Origin: a virus
Lineage: Duplodnaviria > Caudoviricetes
DNA: 64,000 bases
Virus record (IMG/VR): IMGVR_UViG_3300039167_000005
Location: 1 to 64,000 of that record
Strand: one strand, 5' to 3'
The position numbers and the translations under genes are program-made. The number at the start of each line of letters is the position of its first letter. The stretch's first letter is position 1. Positions 28,653-38,429 of this stretch are shown here, in pieces. A model generated the notes under the pieces. That model saw only the letters and a list, made by a program, of their open reading frames with translations, was not told where the DNA came from and did not search any database.

Positions 28653-29153
28653 TGCCGAGTAAACATATCTCTTCCATCCATGGGGAAACAGAACAACACG
28701 TATCCTATCACTTTGACACTATCCAAGAAATGATGGAGTTTGAGCGTTTCCAACAAGAGAGTACGTTTGAGAAGTATCAACAAGATCAGGAAGTTGCACG
28801 AGAAGCTGTTTCTAACTTCATTTCCAAGCTCAAGTTTCCAATCAGTTATGAACTTCGTGACGATATTACCCCAGCAGACATTGACGCCCCCTCCACAAGA
28901 GGTCCCCGTCCATGGATCATTGATTGGAAGAAAGTGGAAGAAGATATTGGTCCTGAGTACAAGTGGTTTGCGGTAGATGAGGATGGGGAAAAGTGTGTAT
29001 ACTGGGCACCCCAAGCTTGATTGCGACGAAAAAGGAGGCTATTTCTATCCTGACGTTGATGATCGGGTGTACGGGATTAGTAGTGAATTCATCCTCCAAA
29101 AAGGTACTGTCCCTTGGAGTGAATCTCTTGTAAAGAAACCAGAGAAAAGCTAG
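28646..29153 (+). pseudogene. Frameshifted gene, paralogue of 43334-43744
   Basis: Frame 0 stops at 29020. The +1 frame from GGGGAAAA (28985-28992) continues VYTGHPKLD...PWSESLVKKP*, matching the paralogue end DWKESLVQRP. Confidence 0.55.
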
Positions 29154-29164
29154 GAATCTTTTCT

Positions 29165-29193
29165 TGACAATAGCGTAATTTTCCTGTATATTC
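29165..29193 (+). promoter_or_regulatory. sigma70-type promoter
   Basis: TTGACA-17-TATATT. Confidence 0.7.
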
Positions 29194-29227
29194 CAATCTC
29201 TCATCTAAACAATGAAGGAGAAAATAA

Positions 29228-29398
29228 ATGTCCAAAGAAGAATGGTTGCTGCAATGTTCTCTTCATCTTCAACGCTATGGTTGTGAAGAAGATGAAGCAG
29301 CGGAGCTAGCGGAAACCTTACTAGAAGAGACTTGCGAGGGTGATATTACCTATGACCCAGTTCAAATTGCTAACGAAGAAGTTTCATATTGGGATTAA
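29228..29398 (+). CDS. Small acidic hypothetical protein (56 aa)
   Basis: AAGGAG RBS, MSKEEWLLQC...EEVSYWD*. Confidence 0.55.
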   Translation: MSKEEWLLQCSLHLQRYGCEEDEAAELAETLLEETCEGDITYDPVQIANEEVSYWD

Positions 29399-29683
29399 CT
29401 AGAGGAGAAACATATGACATTACTGAATACACCAAGAATGTCCAAGTCGGCTTTGGTGTATCCCTGCCAATGAGAGTATACACTGCTACGCTGAAGGAAG
29501 GTTGCCAGCGTGCTCTGTATAAGAAGCTCAAAAAGGCTTCTTGAAGTAAAGATGAGAGAAGCTTATAGAAAAGATACACTATCATCTCAAAAACGGTGAG
29601 CTTACAAGTTCACTATAAATGCTGGAGACTTGCAATTTAAAACGTCTCACTATATGTTAATTTAATAAGAGGTAAACAATATT

Positions 29684-30688
29684 ATGGCGTTTGAAGTATA
29701 CGGTGTTGACCAAAAAGAGAGCGGTTCCGAGAAGAAAGTTGATTTCGAGAAACTGAACGAATATGTAGTCTCCACGGCGCAACTGGAAAATCGGGAAACT
29801 CTGGTGGGAGTGGTGTCGATGATCGTAGATATCGGCACCCAAGAACAACCTGATGCGGAAGTAACTTTCGTAGGCGATGAAGAGGATGAGAAAAAAGCAA
29901 TTGCGGAAAAACCTCAGACCTACTTTAAGGACGGGTTTGATCCCGAAACTAAGAAGCCTGTTCGTCTGAAATGCTGGCCGCAAAAGCCGATTCAGTCTGT
30001 TGCAGTTGCAGTGGACTTCCCCGACATTATTGTAGACAAGGGTCAGTTTTTTGGTGAATCTAAGCCTCTCCCGTTGCGTCTGTGGCTCGGTGGCCAGTTC
30101 TACATTCCTGATGTTGGAATGGTGATTGGTCGCCCTACTCCGCTAAAAGTTAATAAGAAACTTGGTGATTGGAGTCTTGACCAGAAGCATCTCTTCTACA
30201 AGATGGCGGTGGCATCCAAGCTAATTAAGCCCGGTGAAGTATTCAAGCCTCAGCAAATTGACCAACTTCTAGGCAAGGCTTATCAATTTGAGGCACAGGT
30301 TTTCTTTAAGGAGAATAAGGGTAAGAAATACTACACTGAATACATCAAGTTTGTCAGTGGCCTTGGACGTGGTCAAGTAGAGCCTGAACTTTTCGTCCAA
30401 CCGATGATGATTCAGTTTAACAAGGAGAACGATCCCTCAGCAATTAAAGACCTACGTAATCATGTAGTGAGCACTTTGAAGCGCGCCGTGAATTATCAAG
30501 GTTCTGCTATTCAGAAGCAGATTGAAGCTGTCCGGGGCACTAAGGAGAATTCTTCCCAAGAGCCTGTGAAGGAAGAAAAGAAGGAATCTCAAGCCCCTGT
30601 AGAACCGAAGGAAGATAAGACTATTCAACAAGCTAGCACTCAATTGGAGCAGTCTGATATTGATGACTCAGACGATCTTCCGTTCTGA
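29684..30688 (+). CDS. Putative single-stranded DNA-binding protein
   Basis: 334 aa ending in acidic DIDDSDDLPF, the SSB-type tail; within the replication module. Confidence 0.6.
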   Translation: MAFEVYGVDQKESGSEKKVDFEKLNEYVVSTAQLENRETLVGVVSMIVDIGTQEQPDAEVTFVGDEEDEKKAIAEKPQTYFKDGFDPETKKPVRLKCWPQKPIQSVAVAVDFPDIIVDKGQFFGESKPLPLRLWLGGQFYIPDVGMVIGRPTPLKVNKKLGDWSLDQKHLFYKMAVASKLIKPGEVFKPQQIDQLLGKAYQFEAQVFFKENKGKKYYTEYIKFVSGLGRGQVEPELFVQPMMIQFNKENDPSAIKDLRNHVVSTLKRAVNYQGSAIQKQIEAVRGTKENSSQEPVKEEKKESQAPVEPKEDKTIQQASTQLEQSDIDDSDDLPF

Positions 30689-30700
30689 TCTAGCACACTA

Positions 30701-30724
30701 GGAGGACTTCGGTCCTCCTTCTTT
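30701..30724 (+). terminator. Intrinsic terminator
   Basis: GGAGGAC-TTCG-GTCCTCC-TTCTTT. Confidence 0.85.
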
Positions 30725-30926
30725 AAAGGAGTGAATAATGCCTAAAGTAGTCTTTTATAAGGACAATGACAACGAAATGCTTAGGATTGAGGTAGATGGT
30801 AAGCATTTTATTGAAGGTGATTTCTGGGATTTTGACTTTGCTAATGACTGTGAAGAACTTCTACAAATGTTGGGTATAGAAGTTGAACTTAAAAATTATA
30901 TTTATGGTGAATAAAGGAGAAATTTA

Positions 30927-31178
30927 ATGAGTAAGCAACAAGAACTGTTTGATAAGTTTGCAAACCTGTTCCGTGAAGTTATCACTCTGGAGCAAGACCT
31001 AGATCAACTGGTTGAAGACAATATCTATTCTGGTGACAATCTGGAAGGCATTGATAAGAAGGAAGTGAAGGAAATCCGAAAGATTGCTGAACTGTATGCT
31101 CGGGATTCCGCTTCCAAGATTGAAGATGATATCCAGAAGAAGAAAGAGCTGCTGGATAAGTACAACGACTTTGTCTAA
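30927..31178 (+). CDS. Small helical protein, possibly DNA-binding (DsbA/GapR-like)
   Basis: 83 aa helical; weak family resemblance only. Confidence 0.3.
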   Translation: MSKQQELFDKFANLFREVITLEQDLDQLVEDNIYSGDNLEGIDKKEVKEIRKIAELYARDSASKIEDDIQKKKELLDKYNDFV

Positions 31179-31188
31179 TTAGAAATTA

Positions 31189-31213
31189 GGGGAGCTACGG
31201 CTCCTCTTTCTTT
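31189..31213 (+). terminator. Intrinsic terminator
   Basis: GGGGAGC-TACG-GCTCCTC-TTTCTTT. Confidence 0.8.
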
Positions 31214-31223
31214 AGGAGGAAAC

Positions 31224-31526
31224 ATGGGTATTGATATTTCAAATAGTCTTCTTGTAGGGGCTTCTTACGAAGAATTGGAGGACTTCATTCAAAGTAAAAT
31301 GGGATCAGGCGAGTTTGATGAGGAGTGGGAGGTGCTGGACGAATACTTTGAGCGTGCCAGCCCTTGGTACGATGCTGGCTCAGATGAATGTTTCTACGGT
31401 TTTCGAGTAGAGAATTTTAAACCTGTTACTAACGAATGGTTTACTGATTTAGTGAAGCTGTCTAAGGAGTTTGAAGACCTTACAGGCGTTAAACCACGCC
31501 TTCGTGGTGGTGCAGATGTTTGGTGA
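31224..31526 (+). CDS. Hypothetical acidic protein
   Basis: GGAGG RBS. Confidence 0.6.
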   Translation: MGIDISNSLLVGASYEELEDFIQSKMGSGEFDEEWEVLDEYFERASPWYDAGSDECFYGFRVENFKPVTNEWFTDLVKLSKEFEDLTGVKPRLRGGADVW

Positions 31527-31535
31527 GGAGAAAGA

Positions 31536-32555
31536 ATGATTCTAGTAGGACACGTAGACTTGGATGCACATAAGTATAGTTGTGCGTCTGTAGGAGAAAC
31601 ACGATCAATTGTAGCCATCCACAAAGAAAGTGGTCGGGAAAAAGCTTTCAAGACTCGTACTGAATTCTGGGGCCATCATAAAAAGAAGGCCGGGGGCTGG
31701 CTTGCGGAGGTTAATAAACAACGTCTGGAGAAAGGGCAAGAGCCTTTCAAACCAGAAGACTTTGAAATCCAAGACAAACAAGAAATCAAAGAACCTCTAG
31801 CCAATATCCTCCATACATGCAAACTTTCTGTTGAATCTGCTGTAAAAGCTTCCGGCGCGAATAAGGCAGTGTATTACATTGGTAAAGGTGAAAGTTTCCG
31901 GGTAGGCAAGAGCACCTTACTTGAGTATAAGGGTAATCGTACTGGAATGCTCAAGCCTCTACTTCTAGACGAAGTTAGTGAATACCTGACCCGTAAATTT
32001 GGGGCTGAAGTGATTACTGGCTTGGAAGTGGACGATGTTGTGAATATGAATGCCTACCGAAAGAAAGGACACTTCCAGCTTATTCTAGATAAGGATGGGT
32101 ATGGGGCTGGGGCAGATATGTTCAACTTCCAGAAGCCAGAAGAAGGGATTGTTAAGACAGATTGCTTCGGTAAGCTCTTCATTGATACAAGTGGTAAAAA
32201 TGCCAAAGTGCGGGGTTATGGGCGGATGTTTAAGCTATGGCAATGCTGTAGTGGAGATGATTCCGATAATTATTTCGCCAATTGCAAGTCTGATATTGCA
32301 TGGGCAGATATGTCCGCTTACAACGCTCTCGTCAATTGTCAAAACGACAAAGAGTTGTTTGAGGCTGCAATTGGGGTGTTTAAGCATCTCTACCCTGAAC
32401 CAAAAGTTGTAACTGGTTGGCGAGGAGATGAAATTCTCATTGACTGGAAGTATGTTATGCAAGAGTGCTTTACTCTGTGTCACATGCTGCGCTGGGAAGG
32501 GGATGAAGTACATCTGCCCGATGTATTTGATAGGTTGAAGATTGCCTATGAATAA
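31536..32555 (+). CDS. 5'-3' exonuclease (FEN/T7 gp6-like)
   Basis: VDLD...YKGNR...GLEVDDV...DKDG...GDDSDNY motifs. Confidence 0.85.
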   Translation: MILVGHVDLDAHKYSCASVGETRSIVAIHKESGREKAFKTRTEFWGHHKKKAGGWLAEVNKQRLEKGQEPFKPEDFEIQDKQEIKEPLANILHTCKLSVESAVKASGANKAVYYIGKGESFRVGKSTLLEYKGNRTGMLKPLLLDEVSEYLTRKFGAEVITGLEVDDVVNMNAYRKKGHFQLILDKDGYGAGADMFNFQKPEEGIVKTDCFGKLFIDTSGKNAKVRGYGRMFKLWQCCSGDDSDNYFANCKSDIAWADMSAYNALVNCQNDKELFEAAIGVFKHLYPEPKVVTGWRGDEILIDWKYVMQECFTLCHMLRWEGDEVHLPDVFDRLKIAYE

Positions 32556-33087
32556 GACACCTTGGGGACCAAACACACCTTGGAAGAACTCTGTTGCATT
32601 CTATACATACCTGAGAGGCTGTCTAAGGTCTGCTTGGTCACGCAACCCAATCAAACACAACTTAATTAAGAAGCAACGTAGGCAGATTCCTAACCCCAAC
32701 AAGAATGGAAAGAAGGCTACAGTGTGGGGTGCTGACTGTGCTATGTGCGATGGAGAGTTTCCAATCTCCCAGATTCAAGTTGACCACATCAACCCTGCTG
32801 GGAGCTTACAGTGCAAGGAAGACATTCCGGGATTTGTTGAACGACTCTTGTTTGTGACAGAGGATGACTTGCGGCTCGTTTGTAAGGGGTGCAACAGTGC
32901 GTTGGCATATGCTGACAAACACGGTATTCCTTATGAAGAAGCCCTACTCCTGAAGCAAGTAATCCAAATGGAAAAAGACAAGACTCTCAAGAAATTCCTT
33001 GACGATCATGAGGTTACGTGCAAAGCTACACAACGTAGAGAGAAAGCTCTAGAGATAATGAGAAAGGAGGGAAGGAATGAAGATTAA
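32542..33087 (+). CDS. HNH endonuclease (zinc-binding, conserved after exonuclease)
   Basis: CAMC...QVDHI...LRLVCKGCN. Confidence 0.8.
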   Translation: MPMNKTPWGPNTPWKNSVAFYTYLRGCLRSAWSRNPIKHNLIKKQRRQIPNPNKNGKKATVWGADCAMCDGEFPISQIQVDHINPAGSLQCKEDIPGFVERLLFVTEDDLRLVCKGCNSALAYADKHGIPYEEALLLKQVIQMEKDKTLKKFLDDHEVTCKATQRREKALEIMRKEGRNED

Positions 33088-33633
33088 AGAATATCTAGAT
33101 ACATTGACAGTGGATCAGTTACGCACAGTATGTCGCATTGCAGAGGGAAAGATCAAAGCTGCTGAGGGATGTAAGCGAAAGGTTATTTGGTATGTGGAGG
33201 AAGGGGGATTTATTCTAGAGTCTTTCAGAGAGGAAGATTATGAGAAAGCTCTCCAATATTTGAAGAAGGCATTGGACGGAGAGGACATTATCCGTAACAT
33301 GCAAGAGACCATTAAAGCAGGTGAGCGTCTCGGCTACTTAGAGCTACCGAAGATTGTCCCTTCTTTTGAAAATGAAGTGGAGTATGAGGAATGGTTTAAA
33401 TGAGTGGAATCACGCACACTGATTATATGAGCCTTGTTGAGCGGATTGAGAAGCTAGAGAATGATCTTCGTTGGATTACTGGGGATATTCTGGTGAAAGA
33501 GTCTCAAGAGATGGGATTCTATGAGGGGATTAATATTAATCCCCCTCCAAAGGGTAGTGGGCGTCCTAGAGTTCCTCCCGCTGCTCCACCTAAACCCAAC
33601 CGTTGTACTTGCTGTGGAGGGTGTAATAAATGA
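33077..33633 (+). other. Two hypothetical CDSs (33077-33403, 33400-33633)
   Basis: Overlapping starts and stops with RBS; second has a Pro-rich, Cys-rich C-terminus. Confidence 0.55.
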
Positions 33634-33754
33634 TTAGTGAAGATAATTTCTTCTTTTGGTACGGAGCAAGTAAGAGTGTAGAGTTGTTCTGCTACCTTTT
33701 TGTTCTGTGGAATCAAATCGGCATCTGAGATGCCTATATTTAAGGAGAGTGGTT

Positions 33755-34534
33755 TTGAGTAAAAAGATTCTAGTTGTGGCAGATACACAATGTAAGCCCG
33801 GTGAAGATTTGTCCTACATGTCAGCTATAGGGAACTACATTGTTAATAAACGCCCGAACGTTGTCGTGCATATAGGAGACAATTTTGACTTCCCATCATT
33901 GAGTATTTATGATAAGGGTAAAGCTTCCTTTGAAGGTCGTCGCCTGAAGGCGGACATTGATGCTGGTAATAAGGGTCTTGACCTTCTGTTGGCGCCCCTG
34001 CGCGAGTTGCAAGAACGTCAACGTCAGTCGAAGAAGAAAGTGTATAATCCTCGCCTAGTATTTTGTACGGGAAACCACGAGGAGCGCTTCGACCGGCTGG
34101 CAAGTAATATGCCAGAGCTTCAAGGCTTTGTAGGAATGGAAACTCTCGGTCTTGAAAATCAAGGTTGGGAAGTCATTCCATTCCTGCAACCTGTTGAAAT
34201 CGAAGGTATTTTCTTTGTACACTATCTGGCTAACCCATTCACAGGTAAACCTTATGGTGGTACTGCAATGAATCAACTCAAAACTGTAGGTCGGAGCTTT
34301 GTATGCGGGCATAAACAAACTCTTGACGTGGCTATTCGCCCAAGTATTGACGGTAAAATGCAGATTGGTATTATCAACGGGGCTTGTTATCCTTTTGATG
34401 AGGACTACAAAGGGTTCCAAGGTAATAATCATTTCCGGGGCGTCACTATGCTCCATGATGTTAAAGATGGGTTTGGTTGTCCTATGTTTGTTTCTCTAGA
34501 GTTTTTGATGGAGAAGTATGGAAAAGTATTTTAA
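33755..34534 (+). CDS. Calcineurin-like metallophosphoesterase
   Basis: VADTQ, HIGDNFD, GNHE, HY, GHKQ motifs; TTG start after AAGGAG. Confidence 0.85.
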   Translation: MSKKILVVADTQCKPGEDLSYMSAIGNYIVNKRPNVVVHIGDNFDFPSLSIYDKGKASFEGRRLKADIDAGNKGLDLLLAPLRELQERQRQSKKKVYNPRLVFCTGNHEERFDRLASNMPELQGFVGMETLGLENQGWEVIPFLQPVEIEGIFFVHYLANPFTGKPYGGTAMNQLKTVGRSFVCGHKQTLDVAIRPSIDGKMQIGIINGACYPFDEDYKGFQGNNHFRGVTMLHDVKDGFGCPMFVSLEFLMEKYGKVF

Positions 34535-34738
34535 TCCTGTTATTCCCACTAGAGAGTTTATGGAATGTTATGCCGAGGGAATATTCCCACCAATGCCTTT
34601 TGGGCAGCATGTCCAGTGGGCAGAGGACTATCTGCAAACAGGGAGGGTTGTAACGAAATCACCGGGCGACTCCAGCGATCCTACTTGGATTCGTAATCTG
34701 AAGGTGGCTTCAAAAGCGTACCTAGAAGATACAAAAGG

Positions 34739-34767
34739 TTGACACAGCACACGGAACGTGCTAATCT
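34739..34767 (+). promoter_or_regulatory. sigma70-type promoter
   Basis: TTGACA-17-TAATCT with TG extension. Confidence 0.6.
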
Positions 34768-34799
34768 TCTCACCAACACGTAAATAAATAGGAGGAACT

Positions 34800-35285
34800 A
34801 TGGAAGAGTTTTATAAAACACTCAAAGTGGGGGATATTGTCAAGGTGGAAGGGGAGCAGTGGGGGATTCAATACGATGCTGTTGTCGAGGTTACCGGACT
34901 ATACGGTGGACTGGATTGCGGTTTTGATTACAAACGAGTATCCGGTAACCCCGAGAGAGAGCTGGGGATAATCGGTAGTTGTCACTTGAAAGGCGGTGAT
35001 CTAATTGTTTTTCCGGTAGAAAACAAAGAGAATACTCCTGCACAAGACGTTGTTAATTCCCCCAACCATTATATTCTCTTCAAAGATATTGAAGTGAAAG
35101 ATGTAGTGAAAGAAGTTCTTCGTCGTTGGCAAGATGAGAGCAATACTGATATGAGCTTTAATCAGGCTGGGATGATGAAGGAAGCTCTGCAATATCTTCT
35201 TCGTGCTCCTAAGAAGAACAAGAAAGAGGATGTCGAAAAGGCTGTATACTACCTGAAGGCTATTTTGGAGGAATGGGATGAGTAA
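34800..35285 (+). CDS. DUF3310-like protein
   Basis: DVVNSPNHY...KEDVEKAVYYL C-terminal domain. Confidence 0.7.
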   Translation: MEEFYKTLKVGDIVKVEGEQWGIQYDAVVEVTGLYGGLDCGFDYKRVSGNPERELGIIGSCHLKGGDLIVFPVENKENTPAQDVVNSPNHYILFKDIEVKDVVKEVLRRWQDESNTDMSFNQAGMMKEALQYLLRAPKKNKKEDVEKAVYYLKAILEEWDE

Positions 35286-36186
35286 AGTCTATTTCGGGGA
35301 GGCTGGCTATGTCCAGCTTCTCAAGGATGTTCTAGAGAATGGAGTAGAGATTCCAGATCGTACAGGTATTGGTTGTCGAGCAATCTTTGATGCAAAAGTG
35401 GTGTATGATAAGCTCGAAAACGGAGAGACGGATTTTGCCCTCTCATCTCTTCGTTCTTGTCCTCCACGCTTCAGCTTCGAAGAAATGTGGATGTTCCTCC
35501 GACGAGAAACCAACACTAAAACTCTTGAAGAGAAAGGAATTTACTTTTGGAAGGGAAATACAAGCCGTGAGTTTCTGAATAAGCGGGACCTTCGCCATCT
35601 GCCGGAGGGCGATCTTGGCAGGGCATACAGTGAACAGTGGCGAGATTTTGGTGGCTACTACGACTTCTACTCTCTGGGTGTAGATCAGCTCCTAAAACTG
35701 ATTGATACCTTGGGTTCTGACCGCTATTCTCGTCGAATGGTGGTGAGCCTGTGGAACCCAGCAGAGGAAGACTTGATGCCTCTAACTCCGTGCTGGTGGG
35801 CAAGTGAATATGTCGTCCTTCCGAATAAAGAGGGGAAAGATGTTCTTCACGTAAAGCTGATTAACCGTTCTTTGGATGTTCTGTTTGGTTTCCCGTTCGC
35901 TGTACAACAATACCGTTTGTTCCAGCTTGCGTTGTGTAAGATGTTCGGGTTTGAAATGGGCACGCTCAGTGCAGACCTCTCCCACGTTCACCTGTACAAC
36001 AACCAGCTAGAATATGCTCAGGAAACTGTACAACGTGAATTTGGTGAGCAGGGTAAAGTGCTGATTAACAAGGAAATTTCTTCTCTGGGGGACTTGCTTT
36101 CACTTCAGTGGGAGGATATCATTGTCACAGATTTGGAGATCAACAAGACTCCGTTTAGAACACCTAAGCCTAGTATGGCTATTTGA
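35278..36186 (+). CDS. thyA: Thymidylate synthase (ThyA family, divergent active site)
   Basis: PDRTGIG, RRMVVSLWNP, TPC, RSLDV, HLYNNQ. Confidence 0.85.
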   Translation: MSKVYFGEAGYVQLLKDVLENGVEIPDRTGIGCRAIFDAKVVYDKLENGETDFALSSLRSCPPRFSFEEMWMFLRRETNTKTLEEKGIYFWKGNTSREFLNKRDLRHLPEGDLGRAYSEQWRDFGGYYDFYSLGVDQLLKLIDTLGSDRYSRRMVVSLWNPAEEDLMPLTPCWWASEYVVLPNKEGKDVLHVKLINRSLDVLFGFPFAVQQYRLFQLALCKMFGFEMGTLSADLSHVHLYNNQLEYAQETVQREFGEQGKVLINKEISSLGDLLSLQWEDIIVTDLEINKTPFRTPKPSMAI

Positions 36187-36205
36187 TAAACACAGGGGGG
36201 GTGCT

Positions 36206-36604
36206 ATGAGGTATTGCTATGAAATCGGCTGCATGGTGACGGATGTAGGTGATTTTGTTGGACAGACAATCCAATCTGTAGAGGGTCTGGTAAAGGACAG
36301 TACGCAGATTACGTTCATTACTGACGCAGGTGTAAAGTATGCAATGTTTCACGAACAAGATTGCTGTGAGGCTGTCTGGTTAGAAGACATTGACGGGGAC
36401 GCCTCAGACTTAATTGGTGCAAAGGTGCTATCCTTTGAAGAATCTAGTAAAGAAAATCCTGATGCCTCGGAATCTGGCACTTGGACTTTCTATACAATTA
36501 TTACGGACAAGGGACGTGTGTGGTTACGCTGGAATGGAGAGTCTAATGGTTTCTATTCAGAGTCTGTCAGCTTCTACAAGGTTCTACATGAGGGGCGTTT
36601 ATGA
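36206..36604 (+). CDS. Conserved phage hypothetical protein
   Basis: MFHEQDCCEAVWLEDIDGD...TWTFY...RWNGESNGFYSE. Confidence 0.65.
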   Translation: MRYCYEIGCMVTDVGDFVGQTIQSVEGLVKDSTQITFITDAGVKYAMFHEQDCCEAVWLEDIDGDASDLIGAKVLSFEESSKENPDASESGTWTFYTIITDKGRVWLRWNGESNGFYSESVSFYKVLHEGRL

Positions 36605-37071
36605 TTAGCGCAATTGTAGCTGTAAGCCCTGATTGGGAAATTGGTTGTGGAGATGAGTTACTGTATCGTAACTCTTTTGATATGGGGTTCTTCTGCGGTC
36701 TGACACAGGGTCGTGCTTTAGTCGCGGGGAAGCGTACTGCTGATCTTATCCCAAGTCTTCCTAATAGGACTCTGTGGACACTGGGTAAACCAGCTTGGGA
36801 ATTGCTAAGTTGTGATGCCGAAGACGTAGAAGAACTCGTGCGGAAGTTGTTCGGAAACGTCGTTGTAATTGGTGGAGGTAAGACGTATAAACTATTTGCC
36901 CCTTATGTAGATCAAATCTACGTCACACACTTCTTCAATCCTCCAGAGAAACAAGCAGACGTGTTCTTCCCAATCGAAGACTATCCATGGATTGTTCCTG
37001 AGAACGGGGTTAAGATTGTAAGTAATAAAGAATTTGAAATTGTATTGTATAGACGCCAAGGAGAAACATGA
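36601..37071 (+). CDS. Dihydrofolate reductase (divergent)
   Basis: ISAIVAV...IG...D..FF...GKRT...LPNR...VIGGG..Y...IYVTH...ADVFFP; adjacent to thyA. Confidence 0.85.
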   Translation: MISAIVAVSPDWEIGCGDELLYRNSFDMGFFCGLTQGRALVAGKRTADLIPSLPNRTLWTLGKPAWELLSCDAEDVEELVRKLFGNVVVIGGGKTYKLFAPYVDQIYVTHFFNPPEKQADVFFPIEDYPWIVPENGVKIVSNKEFEIVLYRRQGET

Positions 37072-37553
37072 AACACCTGATTCAACAAGCAAAACAAGTA
37101 ATTGAGTTCAATCGTAAAGCAGGGAACGTCCTACACCCTGCCTACACCCTAGACTTTGATCGGAGCATTATCTCTCAGGCTGCTCTCATTAAAGAAGAGG
37201 GCCTTGAAGTGGAAGAAGCAGCACATGAGGGAGATTATAACCACCTGCTTAAAGAATTCTGTGATGTGTTCGTTGTTCTGATGGAGGGGATTCACCGACT
37301 TGAAGTTGCAGGCTTTGATTTTGAAGGTGCTATGCAAGCGGTGAATGACAACAATTTCCTCAAGATTTACAGTAGTTATGCAGAAGCTGTAGAAGTGAAG
37401 GAGGCATTGGAAGAACGAGACGATAAGGAATATTTCATCAATACCAATTATCATAATGGCGTTCCTTTTTACGTTGTGGTAAACTCTGCTGGTAAGATCA
37501 TGAAGCGGATTGGACATCCTTCGGTCGATCTTAGTGAATACATTCCTAAGTAA
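37068..37553 (+). CDS. MazG-like all-alpha NTP pyrophosphohydrolase
   Basis: LIKEEGLE...LLKEFCDVFVV...AVNDNNFLK...GKIMK. Confidence 0.7.
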   Translation: MKHLIQQAKQVIEFNRKAGNVLHPAYTLDFDRSIISQAALIKEEGLEVEEAAHEGDYNHLLKEFCDVFVVLMEGIHRLEVAGFDFEGAMQAVNDNNFLKIYSSYAEAVEVKEALEERDDKEYFINTNYHNGVPFYVVVNSAGKIMKRIGHPSVDLSEYIPK

Positions 37554-37566
37554 TCGGAGAATACTA

Positions 37567-37791
37567 ATGGCAGAGCCTAATAAATATCAGATTGTGAAGA
37601 TGAAGATGGAGTGGATGGAATCCCTCTTTCCCCACGACGGAGATTTTGTAGAGCTTCAAGGGAATGTTTGGTGTGCTGATGTATTCCCTGATTATACAGA
37701 GCACTCTTATGTTCTACGAGAAGCAACAGAGCGAGAGAAAGAGGTGTGGAAGGCATTTAACACCCTTGCAGATTTTTATTTTAAGAGGTAA
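37567..37791 (+). CDS. Hypothetical protein
   Basis: GGAG RBS, ATG at 37567. Confidence 0.55.
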   Translation: MAEPNKYQIVKMKMEWMESLFPHDGDFVELQGNVWCADVFPDYTEHSYVLREATEREKEVWKAFNTLADFYFKR

Positions 37792-37803
37792 GGAGAAGAG
37801 GAT

Positions 37804-38043
37804 ATGAGTAAGAAACTTGTAATTGTATCGGCGGCGTGGTGTGCCAACTGCGGTCCACTAAAGAAGAAGCTAGAAGATGCAGGGATTGAGTTTGAAACTG
37901 TAGATGCTGATGAGAATATGGAATTCTGCCGAAACTACGGGGTTCGTGGACTACCCACCACTCTGTTCTTTGAGAATGACGCGCTAGTGAAGAGCCTTGT
38001 TGGCAACTGCGCTCTAAAAGAATATGAAGGCTGGAGTAATTAA
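37804..38043 (+). CDS. Thioredoxin
   Basis: AWCANC...GVRGLPT. Confidence 0.85.
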   Translation: MSKKLVIVSAAWCANCGPLKKKLEDAGIEFETVDADENMEFCRNYGVRGLPTTLFFENDALVKSLVGNCALKEYEGWSN

Positions 38044-38413
38044 AATGGTGCCAATTCAACGTAGTTTTCATATCCTGATGCGATATGAACCATTTAAGAA
38101 AGCTGTAGAAGAAGACAATCAACAAGAGTTTAAGAATATTCTTTGGCAAGCTGGTGTAGATATTGAACTTCCTTACGAAGTTATCAGTTGTGAGCATCGA
38201 GTTTACCCAGATAGTGATAATCCTCTACGATTTAATGGTCCATGTATTTTCGCTACAGAGCGTGGAGATAAGGAATGGTTGAAGTGTGGTGTTGCTAGCT
38301 GGAATGCTATTGTGGAGAGCTGCGACAGTGGTCTACGAGCTGACCTCAAGATTATGGGGCGTGAAGGCAGTTCTGATCGGGCTTTTGATAAATACGATTC
38401 AAAGAATTATTGA
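38024..38413 (+). CDS. Hypothetical protein
   Basis: 129-aa ORF between thioredoxin and nrdA. Confidence 0.6.
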   Translation: MKAGVIKMVPIQRSFHILMRYEPFKKAVEEDNQQEFKNILWQAGVDIELPYEVISCEHRVYPDSDNPLRFNGPCIFATERGDKEWLKCGVASWNAIVESCDSGLRADLKIMGREGSSDRAFDKYDSKNY

Positions 38414-38429
38414 GACAGAGGAGGGTTAA

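Noticed and set aside
29412-29550. Possible +1 frameshift at TAT CCC TGC joining two mini-ORFs
   Set aside because: Products are too short and there is no supporting evidence from sequence alone.
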